A DNA stretch of 64,000 bases, from NCBI GenBank assembly GCA_040390065.1, contig JAZJZE010000005.1:277170-341169 (forward strand). The letters run 5' to 3'. The position numbers were made by a program, and so were the translations under genes. Positions 44,610 through 55,084 of this stretch are shown here, piece after piece (the stretch's first letter is position 1; every line of letters starts with the position of its first letter). A model generated the notes under the pieces. It made no database searches, was not told the DNA's origin, and saw only the letters and a program-made list of their open reading frames with translations. The stretch comes from a bacterium (GTDB lineage Archaea > Thermoplasmatota > E2 > JACPAO01 > JAHFTW01).

Positions 44610-46631
44610 TCAAATAGTCCGGCGTCGCCGCATCCCGGCCAGCCCCGCCAACAGGAGCACAGTCAGGGCAGCGACAGGGGCGGGTGACTTCGCGGGCTCG
44701 GCGCTTGCCGTCGCGGGCACCGAGCGGCCCTGGTAGGCGGGTCCGGGCGTCAACGTCAGGTTCGTGGCGGCGCCCAGGCGAGCGGCGTCGGTTGCGTTGA
44801 GGTACAGCGTGCCTCCGGTCTTCCCCGAGAGCACGGCGATGGACGTGGGGACATCGACGCTCGCGCCGGCCGAGGCGGCCACCGCGGGGACCTGGGAAAT
44901 TGTCGCGAGGATGTCCTGAACCCCGTCCTTGTCGACGTCGCCGGCGGCTTGCACGGCGATGTCCACGGGTGTCGTCGCCTGCGACAGGACGCCCGTCACG
45001 GCCCATTGGACTTGTCCGCTTGCCGCGTCGAGCAGCGTCATGACTGGCGTCGTGCCGCTGCCGATGACAAGGAGCGCGGTGGGGGCGGCATTCGTCGCCA
45101 TGCGGACGGCTGGGCCTGCCGTCGCAAGCACGATCGGGACGACCGATGAGGCGGCTTGCACCGTGGCGTTCCAGCTCACCTTGCCCGTCACGCCGTCCAG
45201 CACCTGGATGGCAAGGTCGGCGCCCGTCTGGACTGCGACGCCCACGTCGGGGATGCCGTCGCCGGTCAAGTCGGTGAATCCTGTGACGTCTTGGGTGTAG
45301 GCGTCGAGCGCCGCGTTGATGGGCATAGCGGCCGCGTCGATTGTGGCCGTCCATCCGACGGCGCCCGTCGCGCCGCCGGCGACTGCCTGCAGCATGGAGA
45401 TCTCCATCGTTGCGGCGCCGGCGACGCGCTTCACTTGCACGAGGGCGTCACCCGTCGGCAGGGCGCCCAGCGGCACGACCGCGAGAAGGCCGCCTACGGC
45501 CGCCCCCGAAGCGAGAACGACGTGGCCGTCGACGCCGGAGAGGACCTGGAATGCGGCGGCGGGCGCGGTCTGCACGCCAGATTCCACGGTCTCGACGATG
45601 AGGTCGGGAACCCCGTCCAAGTCGAGGTCGCCGGCTCGGGGCAGGATCATGGGAATGCCGGTCGTGGCGGCGAGGCTCTGCGTCCACGCCACCGTGCCGT
45701 CCACGTTGTATAGCACGATCTTGGGCACGGACGCCGCCACTTGTTCAACCGGCGACACGACGGTCTTGGTGAGGACCGCGACGTCGGGTAGGCCCCCGCC
45801 CAACGGAATCGGCGCCATGGCAAGGACTTGCGTCGCCGGGTCAGAGATGTCGATCGTGGCGGCGACTTCCCCTTGCGCATCCAGCAGGAGCATGTGGACC
45901 GAGGCCTGCGCCGTGGTGGTGAGCGCGCCGACCGGCAGGCTTGGCAGGGGGACGGGAACGACCGCGAACTGCTTGACGGTGCTCTCGACGTACGCGGCTG
46001 CCCCAGCGGCTGCGGGAAGGAGGGCGGACGTGGCGTCGTCGGCTGCCCCGATGGCGGCCCCTCCGGTGGCGGAGCCGGCGCCGCTGTGGCTGTCCATGTG
46101 CAGGCGGCCCAGCACGGGCAGGCCGGTGGCGCCGCTGAGGACCTGCAGGACCTGCTGCGACGACTGCTGGGCCGTGCCGACGCCCATCTCGGCGGCCGAC
46201 GTCACGGGACCGATCAGGCGGACGACGGGGTCCGCAAGGCCGTCGAGGTCGATGTCCGGCGCGCAGGAAAGGATGCGCTGCAAGGACGTGACCTGTGTCC
46301 ACACGACACGCGTGAAGTCAGGGCCGGCCAGGGCACGCAACCGCAACAGTTGGCCGGTCTGGTCCTTGATCTGCACGACGAGGTCGGCAACACCGTCGCC
46401 AGTGAGGTCGCCGACAGCGCACGCCACGGCGTTGGTGACGGTCCCAGAAAGGTCCGGCACGCCGCCCCCCATGGGTGGCGAGAACCGCGTGGTCCACGCG
46501 GCGTCCATCGGCGCGACGCGTGGCTGGTCGGCGGCCGTAGGCAGGATCCAGGCGTTGCCCGTCGGTGCAAGCACGACGGTCACGGTCAGGAGGGCCATCG
46601 AGAGAGTTGTGGCCCGGTTTAGGAGGGACAT
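44610..46631 (-). CDS. FG-GAP/VCBS-like repeat surface protein with C-terminal anchor
   Basis: Five DxxxDGxxD repeats (GDLTGDGVAD, DIDLDGLAD, GDLDLDGVPD, DLTGDGIPD, GDVDKDGVQD); KSPA-TM-RRRR. Confidence 0.8.
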   Translation of the reverse strand: MSLLNRATTLSMALLTVTVVLAPTGNAWILPTAADQPRVAPMDAAWTTRFSPPMGGGVPDLSGTVTNAVACAVGDLTGDGVADLVVQIKDQTGQLLRLRALAGPDFTRVVWTQVTSLQRILSCAPDIDLDGLADPVVRLIGPVTSAAEMGVGTAQQSSQQVLQVLSGATGLPVLGRLHMDSHSGAGSATGGAAIGAADDATSALLPAAAGAAAYVESTVKQFAVVPVPLPSLPVGALTTTAQASVHMLLLDAQGEVAATIDISDPATQVLAMAPIPLGGGLPDVAVLTKTVVSPVEQVAASVPKIVLYNVDGTVAWTQSLAATTGIPMILPRAGDLDLDGVPDLIVETVESGVQTAPAAAFQVLSGVDGHVVLASGAAVGGLLAVVPLGALPTGDALVQVKRVAGAATMEISMLQAVAGGATGAVGWTATIDAAAMPINAALDAYTQDVTGFTDLTGDGIPDVGVAVQTGADLAIQVLDGVTGKVSWNATVQAASSVVPIVLATAGPAVRMATNAAPTALLVIGSGTTPVMTLLDAASGQVQWAVTGVLSQATTPVDIAVQAAGDVDKDGVQDILATISQVPAVAASAGASVDVPTSIAVLSGKTGGTLYLNATDAARLGAATNLTLTPGPAYQGRSVPATASAEPAKSPAPVAALTVLLLAGLAGMRRRRTI

Positions 46632-46754
46632 AAGCACGCAAACGACCGCCAGTACGAGTGCTTTGTGGCAAGGCACCCATTGCCGTCAAGGAAAATGCCT
46701 TGGATGGTGGAGAGGGCGCCACGGGGTTTTGCAAGAACCCTGCGATGGAGGCCT

Positions 46755-47402
46755 TCACAGGGGAAGGGGCGGTCCTGCGCCCGCTTGGCCGCGTCCATAA
46801 CCCAAGAGGACGAGTCCCCCGACGGCCGCGAGGGGAATTCCCCACATGGCCGCCGCGAGAACCAGGGATTCTGCGCGGACGACGGTTGAAATCAGGAAGG
46901 CCAAGAAGAATAGGCCGAGAGCCGCAGCGATGAGGCGCAGGCCCCAGCGTCTGGGGATTGGCGGGAATTGTCGACCGAGCCATGACCCAAGGAACGAGGC
47001 GAGGCCAATCCAGGGAGCGGTGGCAAGAAATACCAACACCGGGACGGTCAAGAGCGCCTTGAGACCAAACCAATCGGTGTTCCAGGTGACTGCCCCCGTT
47101 GCCACGACCGGCCAGAGCACCCCCGGCACGAAGACGGTGGCCCATAAGCCAATCCAGGCCATCACAGCGTGGGCCCACCAGACCCCGCCGCGGCGCTGTT
47201 CGGTCATGATGAGGCAGAGCACGACGAAGAGGCAGATCATCAGGGAATTGAACGCCAGCTCGACGGTGCGGGTGGGCAGGGTTCCACGGACCTGATGCGC
47301 CGACGGAATGGCGGCAACGGCGTACATCGCCGCGCCGAACAAGATGCCGAGGACGAGGGAGGGCGTCGCCGCGCCCAACGAGGCGGGCATCGTGCGCCCC
47401 AT
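46755..47402 (-). CDS. Hypothetical multi-pass membrane protein
   Basis: About 6 hydrophobic helices; TGATG coupling to the mutase gene. Confidence 0.6.
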   Translation of the reverse strand: MGRTMPASLGAATPSLVLGILFGAAMYAVAAIPSAHQVRGTLPTRTVELAFNSLMICLFVVLCLIMTEQRRGGVWWAHAVMAWIGLWATVFVPGVLWPVVATGAVTWNTDWFGLKALLTVPVLVFLATAPWIGLASFLGSWLGRQFPPIPRRWGLRLIAAALGLFFLAFLISTVVRAESLVLAAAMWGIPLAAVGGLVLLGYGRGQAGAGPPLPL

Positions 47403-49114
47403 CAGAACACGGCCGGTTCGCGGTATTCGCCATGGACGGAAACCATGGCCTCGCGGATCTCGCCGAGCGTGCAATAGGCGCGGCTGCAGTCCAACAGGAG
47501 CGGCATCATGTTCGGGCGCCGGCCGGAACGCTCCTGTTGGCAGCCCTCGGTGAGGTGGCGGAGGGCCGCGGCGGCTTTCTGCTGGTCGCGGGACTTGCGT
47601 AGCGCCTTCAGTTCGGCGACTTGGCGGGCTTCGCCGGCTTCGTCGATCTTGAGGATGTCCGTGTACGGCGGCTCCTCGATGCGATAGTCGTTGACGCCCA
47701 CGATGATGCGCTCACCCTTCTCGATGGCACGCTGCTGCTGGAACGCCGCGTCCGCAATCTCGCGCTGGAAGAAGCCGTTCTCGATGCCGCGCACCACACC
47801 GCCCATCTTGTCGATGCGGCGGAAGTACTCGTTGGCCTCGCGCTCCATCTCCGTCGTGAGCGTCTCGAGGTAGTAGCTGCCGCCGAGGGGGTCGATGGTG
47901 TTGGCCACTCCGGATTCGTGCGCGATGATCTGTTGTGTCCGCAGCGCGATGCGGACCGCCTTCTCCGTCGGCAGGGCGAGGGCTTCGTCGAAGGAATTCG
48001 TGTGCAGGCTCTGCGTTCCACCCATGACGGCTGCGAGTGCTTGGATGGCCGTGCGCACGATGTTGTTCTCCGGCTGCTCGCGCGTGCACGACACGCCGGC
48101 CGTCTGCGTGTGGAAGCGCAGGAGCAGGCTGCGCGGGTCCTTGGCCCCCTGTGCCTGCATGAAGCGCGCCCAGATGCGGCGGGCCGCACGGTACTTCGCG
48201 ATCTCCTCGAAGAAGTCGTTGTGCGCGTTGAAGAAGAACGACAGGCGCGGCGCAAACGAGTCGATGGGCAGGCCCCGGGCCACGCCACGGCGCACGTACT
48301 CCATGCCGTTGGCGAGCGTGAAGGCGAGTTCCTGGACCGCCGTGCTGCCGGCTTCGCGGATGTGGTAGCCCGAGATGCTCACGGTGTTGAAGCGCGGCGC
48401 GTGCTTCGAGCCCCATTCGAAGGTGTCGAGCACGAGTTCGATGGAGGGCTCGGGCGGGAAAATGAACATCTTCTGCGCCTGGTACTCCTTCAGGATGTCG
48501 TTCTGGATGGTGCCGGAGACCTGCGTGAGTGGCACCCCTTGGCGCTCGGCCGCGCCGAGGAAGAAGGCCCATACGATAGGCGCGGGGCCGTTGATGGTCA
48601 TCGAGACCGACACGTCCTGGAGGGGAATGCCAGAAAACAGCGTCTCCATGTCGCGCTGCGAGTCGATGGCAACGCCCACCTTGCCGACCTCGCCGTGGGC
48701 GTACTCGTGGTCCGAGTCGAAGCCCTGCAACGTCGGGAAGTCAAACGCCGTGGACAGGCCGGTCGTGCCTTGCGACAGGAGGAACTTGAAGCGCTCGTTG
48801 GTCTCCCGCGCCGTGCCGAAGCCGGCAAACTGCCGCATCGTCCACAAGCGGCCACGATACATCGTCGGCTGCACTCCCCGAGTATACGGGAACTCTCCGG
48901 GGAAGCCCAAGTCGCGCTCGGGGTCGAAGCCGACGCGCGTGAGGTCGTGGCGATCGTACAAGCGCTCGACGTGGTGGTTGGAGAGCGTCGTGAATTCCTT
49001 GCGGCGCTCCCCGCCCTTCTCCACGGCTTTCTTGAGCGTCGTCTGCTCCCAGCGCTCTCGGGCCGAGGCATGGGTGGCCGTCGCGGACGGCGCGGCGGAG
49101 GCGGTCTTGCTCAT
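47402..49114 (-). CDS. mcmA: Methylmalonyl-CoA mutase, substrate-binding (large) subunit
   Basis: [63 protein letters not shown]; no B12-binding domain. Confidence 0.92.
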   Translation of the reverse strand: MSKTASAAPSATATHASARERWEQTTLKKAVEKGGERRKEFTTLSNHHVERLYDRHDLTRVGFDPERDLGFPGEFPYTRGVQPTMYRGRLWTMRQFAGFGTARETNERFKFLLSQGTTGLSTAFDFPTLQGFDSDHEYAHGEVGKVGVAIDSQRDMETLFSGIPLQDVSVSMTINGPAPIVWAFFLGAAERQGVPLTQVSGTIQNDILKEYQAQKMFIFPPEPSIELVLDTFEWGSKHAPRFNTVSISGYHIREAGSTAVQELAFTLANGMEYVRRGVARGLPIDSFAPRLSFFFNAHNDFFEEIAKYRAARRIWARFMQAQGAKDPRSLLLRFHTQTAGVSCTREQPENNIVRTAIQALAAVMGGTQSLHTNSFDEALALPTEKAVRIALRTQQIIAHESGVANTIDPLGGSYYLETLTTEMEREANEYFRRIDKMGGVVRGIENGFFQREIADAAFQQQRAIEKGERIIVGVNDYRIEEPPYTDILKIDEAGEARQVAELKALRKSRDQQKAAAALRHLTEGCQQERSGRRPNMMPLLLDCSRAYCTLGEIREAMVSVHGEYREPAVF

Positions 49115-49235
49115 GCTGGAGGCCAAAGAGACGGACAGGAAGAATGTAGCGGCCGATGGCCGCACCGGGGGCGAAAGCCTCCTATGGCTGCCGAGGGGTG
49201 CCAGTGTCGTGGCCACGCGCCGTCGGGCGGATTGA

Positions 49236-50378
49236 GTGGGACTCTACTGGAATCCCTACGGCGCCGCGGGAACCACCGTGATGCTCGTCGGCCTCGGGCT
49301 GGCTTCCTGGGTCTTCTTCACGAATCCGGGGCGCTCGCAGAACCGCCTTCTCGCCCTCGTCATCACCTTCCAAGCCATCATTGTCGGGTTCGCCCAGGGC
49401 GTCATGTTCTTCTTCGACGATCCGGCGTCCGTCTACGCCCTGCAAGGCGTGGCCTTCACTTTCTTCTGGCCCTACGTGCTCGCCTACCTCGCCTTCCTCG
49501 GGACCCTCGACACGCGGGCGACGAGGTGGCTGCGCTTGGGGTGGGTCCGCTGGTCCTTGCTCGGCCTGGCGGCCGTTGGCTTCGTGGCGTACGTGTCGCG
49601 CTTCGACCTCTTTGTCACGGGCACCGCGCCGGCCCCCTACGCGCGACTCGACGCCGAGTTCACGCAGCTCGCTATCCTGCACCAGGTCTTCGTGCCCTTG
49701 CCGCTTTTCCTCTTCGGCATCTACGCGGCCCTGTCCAATCTCCGGAGCACGAAGCCCGGCACGCCGGCGCGCTCCCGGGCCAAGGCCTACTTTGGCGCCT
49801 TCCTCTTCAATGACTTGCAGAACCTCATCCTGACGTTGGCCTTCGTGGTGGCGTTGTACGCGCCGGAGCACATCTACGAATCCATCAACGCCTACATCGT
49901 GGTCAGCTACTTCGTCGTCCTGCTCTTCTTCGTCCTACTCGCCTACGGCCTCCTGAAGACGCAACTCTTCGACATTGACCTGAAGGTGAAGTGGACCATC
50001 CGGCGTGGCTCGTTGGCGGCGTTCTTCCTGGCCGCGTTCTTCGTCGCCTCACAGTTGGCGCAGGCGGTGTTGCCCGGCGTCCTCGGCGGCCCAATTGTGG
50101 GCGCGGTGGTCGTCGGCCTTCTCATGTTTGCCGTACGACCCCTGGAACGTGCCGCGGGCAAGTTCGCGGACACCGCCATGCCGACGGTCAAGGACAACGA
50201 AGACTATCGGACCGTGCGCAAGAAGGACGTCTACCGCGCCGCCGTTGAGTCCGCCCTTCGGGACGGGAGTGTCAGCGAGAAGGAGCGCGGCATGCTCGCC
50301 GCCTTGGCAGACCAGTTGGGTCTGGCGGCGGGCGAGGCGCACGGCATCGAAATCGACGCGCGCAGGACGATGGCGTAG
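49236..50378 (+). CDS. Multi-TM sensor-like membrane protein with C-terminal TerB-like helical domain
   Basis: About 9 TM helices, [14 protein letters not shown], tail [31 protein letters not shown]. Confidence 0.65.
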   Translation: MGLYWNPYGAAGTTVMLVGLGLASWVFFTNPGRSQNRLLALVITFQAIIVGFAQGVMFFFDDPASVYALQGVAFTFFWPYVLAYLAFLGTLDTRATRWLRLGWVRWSLLGLAAVGFVAYVSRFDLFVTGTAPAPYARLDAEFTQLAILHQVFVPLPLFLFGIYAALSNLRSTKPGTPARSRAKAYFGAFLFNDLQNLILTLAFVVALYAPEHIYESINAYIVVSYFVVLLFFVLLAYGLLKTQLFDIDLKVKWTIRRGSLAAFFLAAFFVASQLAQAVLPGVLGGPIVGAVVVGLLMFAVRPLERAAGKFADTAMPTVKDNEDYRTVRKKDVYRAAVESALRDGSVSEKERGMLAALADQLGLAAGEAHGIEIDARRTMA

Positions 50379-50415
50379 AGCGCGCAACGCGGGCGGCGGC
50401 CTGCGCCGCAGCGGC

Positions 50416-51162
50416 CTACCAGGCGCCCTTGCCCGGCACGGCTGCGCCGACTTCGCGCATGTCCGTGATGATGCAACGCACGCCCATCGCCACGAGGGCC
50501 TTGGCCCGCGCGGCGTCGTTCACGGTCCAGGCCGCGACGCGCAATCCGGCCTTCTGCCAAGCGGCGACTTCGCCTGGGGCGTCGATGAAGTCGTGGTCGA
50601 CGTTGATCCAGGTGCAGCCCGTGTCCTGCGCCGTCGCAACGTCGCCGTCGTCGGGCGGCCCGAGGCAGATGAGGCCGCGGGCGATCTCCGGGGCCAAGTG
50701 GTGCACTTCGGCCAGTGCCTTCGGGTCCATGCTGGAGATCTGCACACGCGCACCAAGCCGCTGCTGCCGCACCACATCGACCGTCGGCTTGGCGGCCGAC
50801 GTCGACTTGAGCTCCAGGTTGTACAATCCGTCCCAGCTGCGCAGCATCGTGACCAAGTCCTCGAGGCGCGGCACGGGGCCACCGCCCGCATCGAAGTCCT
50901 GCACCTCCCGCAGCACGAGGGTCTCGACGCGGCCGCGCCCATCCGTCGTGCGCTCCAGGCTCGCATCGTGCAGGATCACGAGTTGCCCGTCCTTCGTCGT
51001 GCGCAGGTCGAGTTCGACGGCGGGGAAGCCGGCGGCGACGGCGGCGCCAAAGGCGGCCAGCGTGTTCTCGGGCTTCTCGCCGGACAGGCCGCGATGGGCG
51101 CAGGCGAACGCTGGAGTGGGACCCGCCACGGCGCTGCTCACTCGGGGATGCGTTTTGACCAT
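50416..51162 (-). CDS. Glycerophosphodiester phosphodiesterase
   Basis: AHRGLS..PENTL, ELDLRTTKDG.LVILHD, NLELK, WTVND, IITD. Confidence 0.92.
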   Translation of the reverse strand: MVKTHPRVSSAVAGPTPAFACAHRGLSGEKPENTLAAFGAAVAAGFPAVELDLRTTKDGQLVILHDASLERTTDGRGRVETLVLREVQDFDAGGGPVPRLEDLVTMLRSWDGLYNLELKSTSAAKPTVDVVRQQRLGARVQISSMDPKALAEVHHLAPEIARGLICLGPPDDGDVATAQDTGCTWINVDHDFIDAPGEVAAWQKAGLRVAAWTVNDAARAKALVAMGVRCIITDMREVGAAVPGKGAW

Positions 51163-51256
51163 GCCGGAAAGCGCCAACCCCGAACGACTCCTTGCGCCCA
51201 GGATAAAGGATTAAGGGCGCCCCGGGTTGGGCCGCCCAGGAAACGGTTGGAACCCC

Positions 51257-52429
51257 ATGGCGGCCTCCTCAACTTCCAGCACTGTCTCGCGGGGCCTGGA
51301 AGGCATCATCGCCGCGCAGTCGGGCATCTGCTTCATCGACGGCGAAAAGGGCATCCTGTCCTACCGCGGCTACGACATCAACGAACTCGCCCCCAACTCG
51401 ACGTTCGAGGAGACGACGTTCCTGCTCTGGGAGGGCCGCCTGCCCACGAAGGAAGAGTTGGCCGCGTTCTCCGAGCAGATGGCAGCCCACCGCGCGTTGC
51501 CGGCGACCGCGATGCGCGCCCTCGTGCTGTGCGCGCCAGTGATGGGACCGATGGACGCCCTGCGCACCACGGTCTCGGCCCTTGCCGCCGACCGCAAGGA
51601 CGCCGATGCCTCCTCCGTCGTCATCGACCGCCAGAAGGCGGTCGAGTGCGTCGCCCAGACGGCCACCATCGTCGCCGCGTACCACCGCATCCGGAGCGGC
51701 AAGCCGCCTGTGGCGCCCGACTCGAAGTTGAGCCACGCCGCGAACTTCCTCTACATGCTCAATGGCGCCAAGCCGACCCCGGCGGCGGAGAAGGCCTTCG
51801 ACGTCGCCCTCATCCTGCACGCGGACCATGACCTCAATGCCAGCACGTTTGCGGCGCGCGTCACGGCGGGCACCCTCGCCGACTACCATGGCGCCATCAC
51901 GTCGGCCATCGGAACCCTGAAGGGCCCGCTGCACGGCGGCGCCAACATCGAGGTCATGAAGGCCTTGATCGAGATCGAGAAGACCGGCATGCTGGTCGAG
52001 AGCTGGGTCAAGGACCGCCTGTCGCAGAAGCGCAAGATCCCGGGCTTCGGCCACCGCGTCTACAAGACCCTCGACCCGCGCGCCATCCACCTCGAGCGCC
52101 TCAGCAAGTCGCTCAGCGAACAGGCGCACAACATGAAGTGGTACGACATGAGCCTGCAGTTGCAGAAGATCATGAAGGCCGAGAAGGGCATCGACGCGAA
52201 CGTGGACTTCTTCTCAGCCTCGATGTACTACGTCATGGGCATCCCTCTCGACCTGTACACGCCCATCTTCGCCGTCGCGCGCGTGGCCGGCTGGTCGGCG
52301 CACGTCATGGAGCAACACGGCGACAACCGCTTGATTCGTCCGTTGTCCGAGTTCACCGGAACGCTCGGCAAGAAGTGGACGCCCATCGAGAAGCGCACGG
52401 CTCCGGTACCGACGCCGCGGGCCGGCTAG
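51257..52429 (+). CDS. gltA: Citrate synthase / 2-methylcitrate synthase
   Basis: HADHDLNAST, GPLHGGAN, GFGHRVYKT.DPR, NVDF, RLIRP. Confidence 0.9.
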   Translation: MAASSTSSTVSRGLEGIIAAQSGICFIDGEKGILSYRGYDINELAPNSTFEETTFLLWEGRLPTKEELAAFSEQMAAHRALPATAMRALVLCAPVMGPMDALRTTVSALAADRKDADASSVVIDRQKAVECVAQTATIVAAYHRIRSGKPPVAPDSKLSHAANFLYMLNGAKPTPAAEKAFDVALILHADHDLNASTFAARVTAGTLADYHGAITSAIGTLKGPLHGGANIEVMKALIEIEKTGMLVESWVKDRLSQKRKIPGFGHRVYKTLDPRAIHLERLSKSLSEQAHNMKWYDMSLQLQKIMKAEKGIDANVDFFSASMYYVMGIPLDLYTPIFAVARVAGWSAHVMEQHGDNRLIRPLSEFTGTLGKKWTPIEKRTAPVPTPRAG

Positions 52430-52451
52430 CCACGCCGTCGAGTCGAACGCC

Positions 52452-52566
52452 GATTGGGTTCATTGGGCACGATGTGGTTCATCGTCCTCCCCATGGCCGG
52501 CAAACGGAACGCACCGAAGGCGTAGGGCAGAAACGATGAACCCAATGGGCTCGATGAAACCCATGC
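52452..52566. repeat. Imperfect ~33-bp inverted repeat with 9-bp periodicity
   Basis: GATTGGGTTCATTGGGCACGATGTGGTTCATCGT ... ACGATGAACCCAATGGGCTCGATGAAACCCATGC. Confidence 0.55.
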
Positions 52567-52635
52567 GCGGCGGCACAGGCATAGCGCAACTATTTCCGCG
52601 CCGCCGGGATTTCCCGGGCTAGCCGGGATGATTCC

Positions 52636-53022
52636 ATGGTGCACGACCACAGCCACGCCGACCTGCTTGAGGAACTCACCAACCACTTCCAGCCAGTCCT
52701 GGACGAGTGCCCAGAGGGTGTGTACCTATGGCTTGGCGACCGGGAGACGGTCTGCAACGACCGCTTCGCCGACCTTCTAGGCATCACGCCGAAGGAGTGG
52801 GCCGACGAGCCCGACATCCTGGGACGCTTCATGGCGCCAGAAGACCAGGAGCGGTTCGCTGGCAACTTTGCCAAGGCCGTCGGGCACCTGCAAGGGCCGG
52901 TGCGCTTCAAGTTCACGGGCATCCGCAAGGACGGCAAGAAGGTCGCGTTGGAGACGGACATGATTCCCATCACGTTTGGCGGCCATGCGGTCGCCTACCA
53001 TTTCGTGCGGCCAGCGAAGTAG
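52636..53022 (+). CDS. Stand-alone PAS domain protein
   Basis: VLDECPEGVY...CNDRFADLLG...FMAPEDQE...IRKDGKKV. Confidence 0.8.
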   Translation: MVHDHSHADLLEELTNHFQPVLDECPEGVYLWLGDRETVCNDRFADLLGITPKEWADEPDILGRFMAPEDQERFAGNFAKAVGHLQGPVRFKFTGIRKDGKKVALETDMIPITFGGHAVAYHFVRPAK

Positions 53023-53075
53023 CTTCACTCGACCCACCCGACGGCTTAGGGGGCCACGGAGGTTCCAGCGGTCGC

Positions 53076-53828
53076 ATGCACCTGGTCGCCCTCGACACCG
53101 AGACTTGCGCACTCGGCCCGGGCCGCGACCGCGTCGTGCAGTTCTGCGCCGAGGAACTGGACGGCGACCTTCGCACCTTGTCGCGGTGGATCCAGCTCGT
53201 CCATCCGGGCCGCCCCATCCCCGCTTCGGCGACGGCTATCCACGGCATCACCAACGACATGGTGCGCGACGAGCCGCGCTTCGACGAGGTCGGGCCTGCG
53301 CTTCGCCGCCTGTTCCGGCCCGACAGCGTGCTCATCGCCTACAACGCCGGCTTCGACCACGGCGTGCTCAACATGGAATTCACGCGGTGCGGCATCGACC
53401 CCCTGCCGGACGACATGGCCGTCCTCGACCCTTTGCAGATCGAACGCCGCGTCACCAGCCGCAGCCTCGGGCCGACCTACAAGCGGTACACCGGCCACGA
53501 CCTCGCCAACGCCCACACCGCGGACGCCGACGTCGGCGCCATGCTGACTGTCCTGCGTTCGCAACGGCTGATGCATGCCGACCAGCTGCCGCAACGTCTC
53601 GAGGACTTGGTCGGGTGGCCTGGGCCCGACCCTCGGCCGCGGCGCGGTCGCCACTTGTTCAAGGATGCCGACGGCATCGTGCGTCTCGGGTTTGGCAAGC
53701 ACGCCGGCCGCGCGGCGCACGAAGTCCCAGACTACCTGGCCTGGATGCTGGAGGAGGACTTTCCTGAGAGGACGAAGCGCACAGCGCGGCGCGTCCTGGA
53801 AGAACGGACGTTGCCCGTCAGGCCGTGA
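53076..53828 (+). CDS. DnaQ-like (DEDDh) 3'-5' exonuclease
   Basis: LDTET, IHGIT, AYNAGFD, AHTADADV; C-terminal FGKH...PDYLAWM. Confidence 0.9.
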   Translation: MHLVALDTETCALGPGRDRVVQFCAEELDGDLRTLSRWIQLVHPGRPIPASATAIHGITNDMVRDEPRFDEVGPALRRLFRPDSVLIAYNAGFDHGVLNMEFTRCGIDPLPDDMAVLDPLQIERRVTSRSLGPTYKRYTGHDLANAHTADADVGAMLTVLRSQRLMHADQLPQRLEDLVGWPGPDPRPRRGRHLFKDADGIVRLGFGKHAGRAAHEVPDYLAWMLEEDFPERTKRTARRVLEERTLPVRP

Positions 53829-54096
53829 CGAGGATCTCTGCCTCGTCGCCGAGGATGAACTGCTCCTCGAGCCGGGCCACCGTGGCTTGGATGAGTTGAC
53901 AGGCCTCTTGGGCGCCAGTCAAGCGCTCGATTGCTGAGGCCGGCGCCTCCTGACCAACCGCTTCGTAGCCCCCCACGGCCGCCGCGGCCACCCGCAGGTC
54001 CTTGCGGGCCGCAAGAAGTTCACGCCGCGCCGCGGCCAGGGCTGCTTCGATTGCCGGGCTTTCGGGCACGCCGCGCGCCCGCACGTCCACGTTCAT
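53818..54096 (-). CDS. Small coiled-coil hypothetical protein
   Basis: Helical 92-aa ORF filling the gap. Confidence 0.45.
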   Translation of the reverse strand: MNVDVRARGVPESPAIEAALAAARRELLAARKDLRVAAAAVGGYEAVGQEAPASAIERLTGAQEACQLIQATVARLEEQFILGDEAEILVTA

Positions 54097-54164
54097 CTGT
54101 TGCACGACTCCACCTGCTGCGCCATTGGCGATTCGCCTCTTGACCCTTGCGCACCGAGCGCGCC

Positions 54165-54899
54165 CTAGCGGAACTGGGCTGGCGCCGCCAGGTTCTGGAT
54201 GCGCCACAAGTCGATGTTGCGCGCCACAGCCGGGACCATGCCCTGCCACCGACCGGCCCCGATGTCGACGTCGGGCCGATGCGGCAGGACGCCAAGGACC
54301 GGGAGGCCCGTCATGCTGGCGATCACTTCGGGATTCATGCGCTCGGCAATGGTCGGGTCATCCGGGTAGTCGTTGACGACGAGGCCGAGGATGGACAGAC
54401 CTTTCCGCCGCGCGTACTCGACTGTGAGGACAGTGTGGTTGATGGTTCCAAGGCTCGCACGGCAGACGATGACCAATGGCAGGCCCCACGTGAAGGCCAA
54501 ATCCGCCATCGTGAACCATGGGTCGCGAAGCAGCGGCACGGCGAGCCCGCCCGTGCCCTCCACGACGACGAGCTGTCCGCGCTTGGTCAACGACTCATAG
54601 GCCCGCTCCAGGACCGTGAGGTCGATGTGGATGCCGTCGCGTTGGGCCCCGACGGCCGGGGCAATGGCCTCGGACAACACGTAGGGAACGACCTCTTCGC
54701 GGCGCAGGCGCATGCCCGAAGCGGCCAGAAGGGCAGCCGCGTCCGGGGGCAACGAGGCCGACGGACCCTGCCAACCGGATTCGACGGGCCGGAAGGGCGC
54801 CGCTTGGATGCCACGCTCCCGCAGGGCACCAAGGATGCCGCACGCCACAGCCGTCTTGCCGACGCCCGTGTCCGTCCCCGTCACGAAGATGCCAGGCAC
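54165..54899 (-). CDS. bioD: Dethiobiotin synthase
   Basis: FVTGTDTGVGKT, VVEGTGGLAVP, LGTINHT.LT. Confidence 0.92.
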   Translation of the reverse strand: MPGIFVTGTDTGVGKTAVACGILGALRERGIQAAPFRPVESGWQGPSASLPPDAAALLAASGMRLRREEVVPYVLSEAIAPAVGAQRDGIHIDLTVLERAYESLTKRGQLVVVEGTGGLAVPLLRDPWFTMADLAFTWGLPLVIVCRASLGTINHTVLTVEYARRKGLSILGLVVNDYPDDPTIAERMNPEVIASMTGLPVLGVLPHRPDVDIGAGRWQGMVPAVARNIDLWRIQNLAAPAQFR

Positions 54900-55084
54900 G
54901 GGACCACCTCGTTCTCCACGTCGGCACCCGGACGTTGGTCGCCCCTCATGGCCTTTGGGGCGGACCGCGCTCGGCTGGCCGTCGCCGTTAAGCCTTGTGC
55001 AGAGGGGATTAAGGCCGCGGGGACGGCAAGCAAGGGTAGGTCGATGCTATGCCGCCACACCATCCTGTTGTCCGTCGCTTTGCC

